This document shows positions 14,801 through 27,800 of a DNA stretch of 56,819 nucleotides, in pieces. The stretch is from contig NC_068985.1 of NCBI RefSeq assembly GCF_001194135.2, positions 119,166,029-119,222,847 of the forward strand. Reading direction: 5' to 3'. Under the pieces are notes generated by a model. It worked only from the letters and a program-made list of their open reading frames with translations, made no database searches and had not been told where the DNA came from. Every line of letters starts with the position of its first letter. Position 1 is the first letter of the stretch. The stretch is from Octopus bimaculoides (taxonomy: Eukaryota). The translations under genes were made by a program, and so were the position numbers.

Positions 14801-17800
14801 TGTTAAATTAAGTAAGTAAATAAGTGGGCTGCTATTTGGTTGGGTTAGTTCAGAGAGAGAGAAAGCAGAGATTATCGGTACAAGAGAGGAGATTACCAAT
14901 ATGAGAAAGGGGATTTCTGATAAGGGAAAACAAGATTTCCAGTAAGAGAAACAGGATTTCCAGTATTGATGGTGGGGGCAGGAAAGGGTGGGTGCATCAT
15001 GAACAAGAAAAAATTCTTTTAAGAGAAACAGTACTAAAATATTTAGCCAAGAAACAGTATGAAAATATTTAGCCAAGAAACAGTACGAAAATATTTAGCC
15101 ATAGTGAGAAACTAGGAACGGATAATTTTAGAGAGAGCGATAACAATTTGGAAGTTATTTGAAGAATTAATATAAATAATTACAGTTTACGAAAGTACAT
15201 GTTAGTAATGATGTGGGATAGATGAATGAATGAATGAAACAATTAAAAACGAGAGAAATTCTTAGCTGTACATATTTGCAACTGCCAACAACAACCACAC
15301 ACTGGAGTAAGCTGCGTGAAAGTCTGAAGGAATTTAAAGCCTGAAAATTGTCTTCACTTCTAGTTCTCAATGGAGGTTCTAGACAACGCAAGAATTGTTC
15401 AATAATTCTGAAACATATAAAAACTATCAATTGTGCTAACCCACTGACATCTGTTGATTCGTCTAACTGCAATGCAAACATCATGTCATTATCTTGAAAA
15501 ATATCCTTCATTTGCAGCTTAATGTCATTAGATATATCTTGAATTCATCTTCCAATTGTGTTATCTACCAGAGGAATTTTATTAACTACTGTCTCAAATT
15601 CAGGTCCAAAAATTGTTCGAACAATAGCACAGCAAGATTCCTTTATAATACTTTTAGCAATACATGTTGTTCCTTGTCTTTAGCAATTATTTGAGCAGCC
15701 AGGTAACTCGCTTCTTGAGCTTTGTCTATGTCTTCATTCTCTTTGTGAAGTTGAAGCCCGCATTTTTTTAGAGATTTCGCAAGTTCAATGAAGTGTTCCA
15801 CTGGTTTTGTTGACAAATTTCCACGCCTAGTGTTGAAATGACACTTTAATTTGCTTGGTACCATACTTTCGTTTGCAAGTATATCTCCACAAACTAAACA
15901 CAGAGGACTGTGTTTAGTTTTATATAATCTTTGTTGTATAAACGAGGCTTAAAAATGTTTTCTGAGCCCTTCTCATTCACTGATCAGTTGTTTGAGTGGC
16001 TTTCTTCATAGATGTTAAATTTCGTTCATTGGAAACGTCATCTTCTGCAACTTTTCTTTTCTTAATTAAAAACTTAACCATTTTATGGGTAATTTAATTA
16101 CAATTTATGAATAAAACTAAGCTGATTTATCATAAAGTTATGATAGCTCAACATGTAATTAATATCACCAGCACTAAGCACGATGAAATTAGAAATGGCA
16201 CATTGCACTTAATTAGAACACCCGGTTCCTAAGGCTAAGCCCGTTAGACTGATGAACAAGGGGCAAGTATGATATGAGTTTAATGTGATTTCATAATTAT
16301 TAGTTCACTTTCAGTAATGTGCAATAGCAGTACAGGTGAGTAATAACTTTAGGCAATTTGAAAGCAGTTCCAGTGTGTTTTGCTCACTAAAACAGGTGTG
16401 GATTTGAAAATTTTTAATCAATTTTCCATTTATTTCAGACAAGAGAATAGTGCTTGCAATATGTTAATTCTTTTACACTGAATAGAATACAATGTAAATG
16501 AGCGTTATATAATGGAGATTATTTGTGCCTCTTTTCCTTTTTTTATTTTTTAATCTCGCCTTCAAACATTGAGTAGGAAACGATAGCCGGTGGGTACGTG
16601 CATTGACATGTACGCTATGCTAACAATTAAGTTAAGGAGACTAATATAAATACATCAGAACATAACCAGAATGGGGTGAAAACAGGTATATTCAAACAGC
16701 AGTGCTCTGTGGTATTCATGCCCAATTGAATTATCTCCCCTAATGTTAATGATTACTGTTGTTCGCACTCCGTCGAGGGTTCCAGTTGATCTAATCAACG
16801 GAACAGTCTGCTCGTGAAATTAACGTGCAAGTGGCTGAGCACTCCACAGACACGTGTACCCTTAACGTAGTTCTTGGAGATATTCAGCGTGACACAATGT
16901 GACAAGGCTGACCCTTTGAATTATAGGCACAACAGAAACAGGAAGAAAGTGTGAGAGAAAGTTGTGGTGGAAGAGTACAGCAGGGTTCGCCACCATCCCC
17001 TGCCGGAGCCTCGTGGAGCTTTTAGGTGTTTTCGCTCAATAAACACTCACAACGCTTGGTCTGGGAATCGAAACTGCGATCCTATGACCGCGAGTCTGCT
17101 GCCCTAACCACTGGGGCCATTGTGCCTCTACATAATGATTACCACACATTTCATATCTTACAAGAAAGATCAAAAATATATCAAAACACTAGAGGCAACA
17201 GTGATGGTGTGTGGCCAGGTGGTTTGAGTATTGCTCTCACAATTACAAGATTGTGGTTTTGATTCCTGCACTGGGTAGTGCATTGTGTTCTTGAGCAAAA
17301 CATTTCATTTCACATTGTTCCAATCCACTCAGCTGTAAATGAATAACCATGTGACAGACAGACAGACATTCTGTTCGGTGGGGAAACTTGCAGTCTCAGT
17401 CACTTACACACCGTGGAAACCAGATAACCAGCCCTGTAAGTCCAAGGATTTAAGACAATAATGCCCAAGGGATTTACGACTACTACTACTACTACTACTA
17501 TTGGTGGCAATATAATTGAGTAAAATCCCTGAAGGTGGTACCCCTGCATAACTGGATTCTAATGAGTGAAATCAGGAAAAGATCAACAAAAGAAGAATGT
17601 GAAACACAGTAAAAATTTGTTACAGTTAGTGTTGAAAAGACCTGAACTTTAATCATCCTACTTACCATAGGTATACAGCTTTCTGAGATTTCGGCTTATG
17701 GCATCTTCTAAAGCATCAAGTTTACAGTGTCTTGCTAGACGAACATAGTCATCAACATAGTCCACACTAATTTCTGAGGTATCTATTATGGCAACAGGTG

Positions 17801-17904
17801 GTAGCGGTAATAGTGGTGGTGGAAATATAAAGAAGATAAAGAAACAAAACAAATGAAAACACTGAAAATTATTCAAAATTTTGTTTTAAAAAATTATTAA
17901 TGAA

Positions 17905-17944
<40 letters not shown>

Positions 17945-20900
17945 GTGGTGAAGGCAATGACAGTGATGACAATGATAATGTTGCTGTATGCTGTTCTATA
18001 GCCTCAGGCCAACCATGAACAAGTTAGCCTATAACTGTTTCTAATATAGGCACAATTTTAAGAGAGGGAGTTGGTTGATTAAATTGACCCCAAGTACTTG
18101 ACTGGTACTTTATTGTATCAACCCCAAAAGGACGAAATACAAAATTGACCTCAGCAGGATCTGAACTTAGCATTAGAACAAATACAACAATGTATTTTGG
18201 TCCAAATTAAATTCTAATGATTCTGTCCATCTACCACCAAAAGCTGACCTTATAATGAAAGGTTTTCCAGCTGTGATCAACCAATTTACAAAGTGGACTG
18301 AGTACATTTTATCTTGGAACAAACACTGGAGAAACTATCATCTCTTGTTCATGACAAAAGAGTCTTATTATTTTCACAAAGAAGATATGACTTTACATCA
18401 ATATTGATGAAAGTTATGACTATAACCTTTGCAGACAGTTCCTTATTCACCCACGTATTCTTCAGCAGGAGGAATACAAATTAACATTATGGTTTTCATA
18501 TGATGCATCATTGTGCAAAGAGGCACCACAAAGTATATCCAGGTGCAACATTGATTTAGAAATGTTTAATTTAAGGATTTAGATTTTGTCATTCTTCCTT
18601 CCTTGGGCCTTCATCTCTTGATGGTATCATAGGAATGCCATCATGATATGTGGTGGTGTCTTGGACATTTTGAACCAGGTGGAGCACCCTCCCCCCACTC
18701 TCCTGGTCTGAACACAGCCAATTTTTTCAAGAGAAAAGGTAAAAGCAAGGAAGTAAGAAGGAGAGAGGGAAGAAGAATATTGGACCGGTATATTATTATT
18801 AATGTGAAGGCATGTGGTTTTGTGGCTGGGGTCTTTGGGTCTTGTAAGGTCTTGAGTTCAATTCCCAGTGATGAATTGTGTCCTTGAGCAAGATACTTTA
18901 TTTCATGTTCCTCTAGTCCACTCAGCTGGCAAAAATGTGTAGTACTTGTGTTTCAAATGGCCAGCTTTGTCACCTTCTGGGTCACACTGAATCTCCCTGA
19001 TAACTATGTTAAGAGTGCATGTGTCTGTGGAGTGCTCAGCCACTTGCACATTAATTTCACAAGCAGGCTGTTCCATTGATCGGATCAACTGGAACCCTCG
19101 AGGTCGTAAGCGACGGAGTGCTATGTATGTCACTATTGATTCTGAAAGGATGAAAGACAATTTGAACACAGAGTGCTGGTGCAATGCAAAAAACATCCAT
19201 GCCAGTGCTGCACAAAAGCGCCCAGTGCTATCTGTAAAGTGGTTGGTGTTGGGAAGGGCATCAAGCCATAGAAACCACGCCTAAACAGGCATGGAACCTG
19301 AACAGCCCTTCAGATGGTCAGCCCCTGTCAAACTGTCTAACCCATGCCAGCGTGGAAAAAGGGTGTTAAATGATGATGGTGATGGTGATAATGATGAGTA
19401 CAGAGATCCAAAAAGGAATACAGCATGATATTCTAATACTTTAACAGCTTTATCAATTTGCTACTTTAAAAGAATGTATATACCAACCTGTGTATAAATG
19501 TTCTAAAAGAGCTTTGAATGCTTGCGGGTAAATCTGTGAATACAGTAAGGTGCAAAACATTTGTAAGCATAAAAACCAATATGTTTGTGTGATTGTGTAT
19601 AGTTAATATGAGTGGCTTACCTGCTGGCTGTATGTACCTTTTAATTTTACTTACTTCAGTGATTTGACTGTGGTCATGTTGGGGCACCACTTTGAAAGGT
19701 ATTAGTCAAATAAATTGACCTCAAGACTTTTTTTTTAAAGCTTAGTACTTATTCTATTGGTCTCTTTTGCTGAACTGTTAAGTTACGGGAGTGTAAACAC
19801 ACCAACATCAGTTGTCAAGCGGTGGTAGGGGACAAACACACACACACACACACACACGACAAGCTTCTTTCAGTTTTTTACTCACAAGGCTTCGGCCAGT
19901 ACAAGGCTATAGTAGAAGACATTGGCCCAAGGTGCCATACAGTAGGACTGAACCTGAAACGATGTGGTTGGGAAGTAAGCTTCTTACAACACAGACACAC
20001 CAGGGCGACAATACATGATTTTTCATGGGGCCTCCTAGACAAGTAGGTCATTGTAGCAGAAAACAGTACATCAAAACTCTGAGTTGTTGTCTAGCTATAC
20101 AATAGCCTTGATCAAGCAGAATTTTAGTACACTTAATCTATCACCTAATTTTATACCATCTTATTACGACTTGGGTGCCTTTAGTGAAGGAGTCTACTCT
20201 GTCGCAAGTATTCAGGATAGTCTCTGTTTTGAAGATACCATTCCCTTCCTCCCAACCATGCCCTGTAAAGGATCACGGGCACTGTCTTCTCTCCTGGCAA
20301 AAAAGATAAATAAGTATTCTGGCCCATGACATCTTACCTTTTTCCAATATGCAAAGTAGTGAGCTGGCAGAAATGCTTAGCAGTATTTTATCTGCCATTA
20401 CGTTCTGAGTTCAAATTCCACCTAGGTCGACTTTGCCTTTCATCCTTTCTGGGTCGATAAATTAAGTACCAGTTACGCACTGGGGGTCGATGTAAACGAC
20501 TTAATCCCTTTGTCTGTCCTTGTTTGTCCCCTCTATGTTTAACCCCTTGTGGGCAGTAAAGAAATAAGAAATGTTAGCATGCCAGGCGAAATGCTTAGTG
20601 GTATTTTGTCTGTCTTTGCATTCTGAGGTCGACATTACCTTTCGTCCTTTTGGGATTGATAAATTAAGTACCAGTTGCATACTGGTGTCGATCTAATTGA
20701 CTGGCCCCCTTCCCAAATATTTTGGGCCTTGCGCCTAGAGTAGAAAAGAATATGCAAGGAACTCCTTGGGAGCCATACTAACCAACATGTCCACTGTCCA
20801 TTCCTAAGGTGACAGGATGCAATGTGAGCAAGATTTAGCTGCTGTTTTTAGTGAGTTAACTGACCATTTAAAGGTTCCATTGTTGACTTGAAATATCAAA

Positions 20901-23900
20901 TTGTGAATGTATGTTTTGATGTGCTGTTCTTATGGGTATGTGCATATTTATGTCTTTGTGTTGTGTTGATCTAACTGACCATCCTGTCTTATATTCAGAC
21001 TCAATATTATGTAGGACTACATTTTCCACTAGTGTCCTTTTCTTAAAGACATTATCCAATGTGTCCTTCCTTTTGTAAAACAGTAAGGTGCAATTTGAGG
21101 GAGACTTGGCTGTTATTTTTAGCAAACAGAATGACCACATAGAGCCTCCAGCATTTATTGCAGATACTGATTTCAATTTCTGGCACAAGGCCAGCAATTA
21201 TGGAGGAGAGATTAAGTCAGTTAGATTAACACCAGTGTTCAACTGGTACTTATTTTATCGACCTCAAAAGGACGAAAAGCAAAGTCGACCTTGGTGGAAT
21301 TTGAACTCAGAATGTAAAAATATTCTACCCAACATGCTAACAATTCTGCCAACTCACAGCCCTTGTTAACTCCAGATATTGAGCTGTGCATATATATATG
21401 GTCTGACGTGTGGTTTATACAAGTGTGTTTATAAGAATGGTTTATATATTTAAGTGAAGGTGCATGGCTCAATGGTTAGAGCGTCAGGCTCACAATCATG
21501 AGGTAGTGAGTTTGATTCCCAGACTGAGCTGTGTGTTGCATTCTTGACCAAGACACTTTATTTCACGTTGCTCCAGTTCACTCAGCTGTAGAAATGAGTT
21601 GCAATGTCACAGGTGCCAGGCTGTATCGGCCTTTGCCTTTCCCTTGGATAACATCAGTGGTGTGGAGAGGGAAGGCTGGTATGCATGGCCGACTGCTGGC
21701 CTTCCACAAACAACCTTGCCCGGACTTGTGCCTCAGAAGGGAACTTTCTAGGTGCAGTCCCAGTGTCACTCACAAACCATAGGGAGTCTTTACCCTTTTA
21801 CCGTATATTTAAGTGACTGTGTTGTTGATGAAGACAAGAAAGAAATTATTTGACTAAATTGATCCTGGAAAGAAGTATAATAAAGTCAGAACTAGTGATT
21901 AGAACTCAGAACATAAATTTTCTGTGGAATAAATATGGTCAAGCATTTTGACTGAGTACTCTAATGATTCTGCCAAACAATCACATTATACAACAATAAT
22001 AACAATAATAATAATCCTTTCTACTAGACACACAAGGCCTGAAATTTTGGAAGAGAAGTGGTGATGGTGGGTGGGGGTCTAGTAATTTGCATCGATGCCA
22101 GTACTCAACTGGTACTTATATTGAAATCGAATTAAATTCAATGACTGGCACCCATGCCAACGTTGTCTCCTTCACTGGAAACGAAACTCGGCCTGCGAAG
22201 ACCTATTGGGGCAACTTGTGCCAGATGGCATGTGTAAAGACATTCGAGCGAGATCGTTGCCAGTGCCGCCGAACTGGCTCCTGTGCAGGTGGCACGTAAA
22301 ATACACCATTTTGAGCATGGCTGTTGCCAGTACCGCCTGACAGGCCTTCGTGCTGGTGGCACGTAAAAGCACCCACTACACTCTCGGAGTAGTTAGCATT
22401 AGGAAGGGCATCCAGCTGTAGAAACTCTGCCAGATCAGATTGGAGCCTGGTGTAGCCATCTGGTTTCACCAGTCCTCAGTCAAATCGTCCAACCCATGCT
22501 AGCATGGAAAGCAGACGTTAAACGACGATGATGATGATGATGATCCTGAAAGGATGATAAACAAAGTCAGCATTGATGGGATTTGAGCTCAGAACATAAA
22601 GATAGATAAACTAGTGAGCATCCACATCCAACCTTGAATTACCTAGGCACACAAAAAGAAGGGTCTTCTCCCACCAGCGCTTAATTGGTGCTTATTTTAT
22701 CAATACTGAAAAGATGAAAAGCAAAATAGACCTATGCAGGATTTGAACTCAGAACAAAGCTGGAAGAAATGTCATTAAGCATTTTGTCTGGCATGCTAAT
22801 GATTCGGCCAGTTCACTGCAATAATAATGATAATAATAATATTTTCTACTATAGACACAAGGCCTGAAATTTGTGGGAAGGAGTATAGTCGATTACATTG
22901 ACCCTAGTAATTGACTGGTACTTAATTTTATCCGAAAGGATGAAAGGCAAAGTCAACCCCGATGGCATTTGAAGTCGGAATGTACAGCCAGAAGAAATGC
23001 CAATATGCATTTTGTCTGGCATGCTAGTGATTCTGTCATTTCACCACATTCCAATAACCAATAATAATACCAATGGTTAATGGTTTCTGATTTAGGCACA
23101 AGGTTAGCAATTTTAAAGGGACCAGGTGAGAGACTTTTGTCTCCACCTCAATACTTGACTGGCACTTTATTTATCAACTCCAAAAGATGAAGGTAAAGCT
23201 GACCTCCACAGAATTAACTCCTACCATCACCACCTCAGTTGAGTGCAATGGAGCAATGTGAAATGACATGCCTTGCTGAAAGATAAAATTCACTGTTCAG
23301 TCCAGGAATCAAACCTGTGACAAAATAATGTGAGCCCATTACCTTAAACACTTGACCATATACCTTTACAAGTAGAATACTGAGGTTGATATACATATCC
23401 AGTTAGTTCACCATCATCAATTCATCGCAGCGAATGTTCACCATCATCAATTCACCATTTTTTTCAATAAAATAGTTTTTAATTATTAATGGTGAGATAC
23501 TACAAATATATTTTCTTGGTAAACTTTTCTCCTGGTGAACTTTTCTCATGGTGAATTGATGGCGGTGAACTTATCTGTAACCATTGATATAATCAAATAT
23601 CTTCTGTTCCCAAATTTGAAGCCTGTGTCTATGTTAAAAATCATTATAACTGTCTATGAATTGCATAATTAATTCATAAAATTCTTCACTAAACTCTCAT
23701 CTTTGCATTTTTAAAGTAACCAAAAGAGCTTACGAGTTGGTGATTCAGATTTACATCAGATTTTTTCTTCCATTTTGTATTGAAAAGTTCAGCAAAGTAA
23801 GAGCAACGACTTGATAGAACAGCCCTGTGCGCTGAGAAACGGACCCCATGCACATAAAATATGATGTCAGAAAATGTAATGTCTTCTTGTAACCTAAAAA

Positions 23901-24763
23901 TATAGAGAAGGAGAATGAAGTTAGACAATATTGAAAAAGAGTGGGTTGCGAGAAATTTGGCTGCTATTTTTCTAGCCCATCAATGTAAAAGTTCCACCAT
24001 TGGTTTGAAGACTGTTTCTTCAGATATGCTTATCCACAATTTCTGACAACGTTTCTCAGTTTTTTTTTTGTTTTTTTTTTAACCTTCAAAAATGTAATTC
24101 CATGTATAACATGCAGTATTTCACAACTGCTAAATGAATAAATAATCAACTATAATCCAATATATTCATCATCATCAAAGTTTTCAACATCCACATTTTC
24201 ATGCTTGCATGAGTCAGATGAACTTTATTGAGGTGGTTTGTTTCTATCACCAACACCTCACCTGTTTCCAAGCAAGATATTTCCCCATGGCCAAACACGT
24301 TTCTGCAGGATACTACAAATGACACTACTTGTATAACAGTGACATTCATATACACCTATTACATGTTGTCACACACACAACACACAACTAGCCAAATGAA
24401 TAAACCCTGAAGAAGCTGTACTGAAAATCATAGCACTGATGTCAGTAATCTGTGCAGTGGAAACACGTGTAGGTCACAAAGATCATAAAAATAAGCTGTA
24501 TAAAATTGTAAAGAGCAAATACATTTTGAGGATGAATGAGTCTCCATATTCTTTATTGCTATAATTATTGATAATATATACTCCAGACAATATTACCAAT
24601 CCAGTGAAGCAAACACAGAATTACCCATCAGAGGAATTTACAGAGTGACTGATAACTAATAGTAATCATAGACATAAAATACTGATTGATTTGGTTAGTC
24701 GTAACCTGGGACTTAACTGAGAACCACCACGGTATTTTCCCAGATAATATATCCCTATAAACT

Positions 24764-24801
<38 letters not shown>

Positions 24802-27800
24802 TACATATATACAACAGGGCTCTTTTAGTTTCTGTCCACCACCAAATCCTCTCACAAGATTTTGGTTGGCCTGGGACTATAGTACAACATACTTGTCCAA
24901 GGTATGGATGCTTTTTATGTGACATCAGCACCCATGAACCTGCAAGATTAGGATTGCTCTGCTGAAGAGGGATGAGGAGACATGCCTGTATGCAAGAACA
25001 ACCATGATTTTACATATCAATAACTTAAAATAAATGAAAGATTCCAATGAAATACCTTTGCAAGTATTCATCAAATATATTTCTCTGCAGAATTTTAGCT
25101 GTAATAACTTTGAAAGACTTCAGTAGATTCCGAATCTCATTGTTTAAGGCACCATAAAGGCATCTCTCCCCATCAAAGGTATTTCTCTCACATTTAGCAC
25201 CTGTACAAATAGATAATTTAACAAAGACAAACATAAACAAAAGTTATAGACTATTTGCTTTGCTTCTACATCAGCTCAGATGTTCAAAGTTTCTTTCTAC
25301 CTTTAGCACACTGTAGGTGCATCAGCTCACCATAAGAGTTTTCTCCCCTGTAGTAACAAGGCAGTAGCAGGGAAAACAATTCTAGAGAAAATAGTGTACT
25401 AATGGTTAATGGTAACAATAGCCACAGGCTACATGTTCACAAAATACAACAGATAGATACACTTGTGTTAACTCTCAATATGTCGATTGCCAAAAAGTTG
25501 AATATTTCACCCACAAAGTGTTCAATTGATTGGTATATACAATTCACATCATGTTTCTCATTTATTAGTCCAATTTTTGCCTGTAACTAATGTCAAAATA
25601 GTCTTAGTCACTTAGACATACCTTTTATTCTTTTACTGGTTTACATGGGTAGTAAGTGTAAAGGATTTAAATGTAGGTAGCACAAGTAATGGTTTTATTT
25701 GTGAGTGGCAAAAGCAAAGGGTTTATCTGTGGGTGACAAAAATAATGAGTTTATCAGTAGGCAGGGTGGTAAAAGTAACAGGTTTATCTGTGGGTATCAA
25801 TAATAATGAATTTATCTGTAGGTAGCAAAAGCAAGGATTTATCATAGGGTAGCAAATGTAATAGATTTATTTATGGGCAGCTGACGTAGTTTTTATATAT
25901 AACTTATAGTCCTTTCAGCCAATTGTTCTCTATGAGATTGATAAAATAGTATCAGGTGAAGCACTCCAGTTCATACATATAAAAAAAAATCAACAAATTC
26001 CAGCATGAACATAGTCATAAAACTGAAACCAGTAAAATGAAGGAAGAATAAAGTGTTTTCTATAACTCTGTATAATTGTAACTGAACACAGACCATTTGA
26101 TGGATCAATGTTAAGATGCTTGGAGAAGGAGATTGAATGGCTTAGAATAGAGTTTCTCATAGGCACGTGGAGATTGAAAAGGAATTCAACAAATATAAGA
26201 ACTTAAAATATAATGAGAATGTAGGGCCTTTGCTGAGAATGCTGACTATGCATCTGTATGCATGTGTATGTGCAGGCTTGGGCAAGATTCTTGAGAAAGA
26301 CTCAACTGAATGCAAGTTGCCCCTTTCCATGCCACTAATTTTTTATCTAAGGGAAGGTTGTCTACTTGGGTTGATACCTCTTGGCAATGGTGTTGTCACA
26401 TGTGTTGCTGTCATGGCACAAAAAAGCCATCTTACCTAACTCTCTAACAATTTTGTCAATCTAATGCTCTGGATTGCTGCTTTTTTATAAACCCTGAAAA
26501 GGCAATGTTAACCCTTTGTCTGTCCTGTGTATCACATGTGGTACACAGGACATATTTCTCTGATGTTCATGCATCATATATGATACACATTCAAAATTCT
26601 TTTCAGCCACAGGAGTAACCTGGGTCTTAAGAAAGGAGTGCTTTATATCACTCAGAACCTATGATACAAGAGCCAACAAAATGTGTGAAAACAAGCATGA
26701 ACAGTTAGGAAAAACTTATGAAAATATTTTGGACAGGCAATGGGTTAACTTTGGTGTGATATTAATCCTTTAGCATCCAAATCACTCATTCAATTGTAAT
26801 ATTTATTTATTTAGATGGTTTTGAATAAATCATGCATTACCTCATAGTTACAAGATTTCAATGATGTTATTGTTAATTTTTATAAAGACATTGTAAAATA
26901 GGTATGACAGGCTGGATATGGCCAATTTCAACAGAAAACAAGTAGAAATATTTGAACCAGATATGACTGGTTTAAACGCTAAAAGGTGAACACAATGCAG
27001 ACAGTCACAGTAAATACCATGTGGTATCATAGTCAACACTTTATTAACTCTTTAATACACCACTACATAAGAAGAATGATAAGGAATAGGAGCAATGAAA
27101 ATGACCTCATTTCATGGTCCAGTGAAAGAAGTATAAAAACATTATAACTAAATTCAGTAGATGCAAAGAAATAGTTTAAAAGCACTACTGATTTTAGTTT
27201 CTATCTGTTAGTAAAGGCAAACAAAGAGAAAAGAAAAGAAAAAGTGTATTACCTCGAGTCAAAAGAAAATATACAACATCAATATGACCACATAGGCAGG
27301 CATAATATCTGAAAGGAAAAAAATATTTTATAATACTAATATATACAAAGAAAATGCAGATGCAAAGATAGATAGCTAGAGATGTAGAAATCCTCTCCTT
27401 CTATGTCATATACGCTAGTTATATCTATTTATCATTCACTCTACCCTGAATTGTGGTACAATATGGACAGATTTTTGAATACCGATTAACTTTTATGTAG
27501 ATATAACAATTCAAAGGATAAGCATATTACAATGGATAATACTAGGTGGACTTTTCCTTTTTTCTTTGTGATGTAATCTTGGGACTGAATATGTTTGCGA
27601 CTGAAGATAGCTTTAAACCATCCTTTCTGTCAATTATATACTCATATAACGATGCAATGACTGTTTGTGTATAAAGCTTGAAACACGTGTACCGCGGAAT
27701 CCTTTGTGTCTTGTTTTCATTTTACGTTTTTATGTTTTAATATATGTAGAAATATAGATAGGTAGGTAGACAAGTCCCTTTAGCATGTAAGTCAGATATG

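Noticed and set aside
17050-17130. tRNA gene candidates at SINE heads
   Set aside because: They have A and B boxes but no complete acceptor stem, and they continue into SINE bodies.
20868-21369. ORFs 20868..21197 and 21088..21369 as an extra gene
   Set aside because: No recognisable domain, no consistent splice pattern, and part overlaps a SINE.
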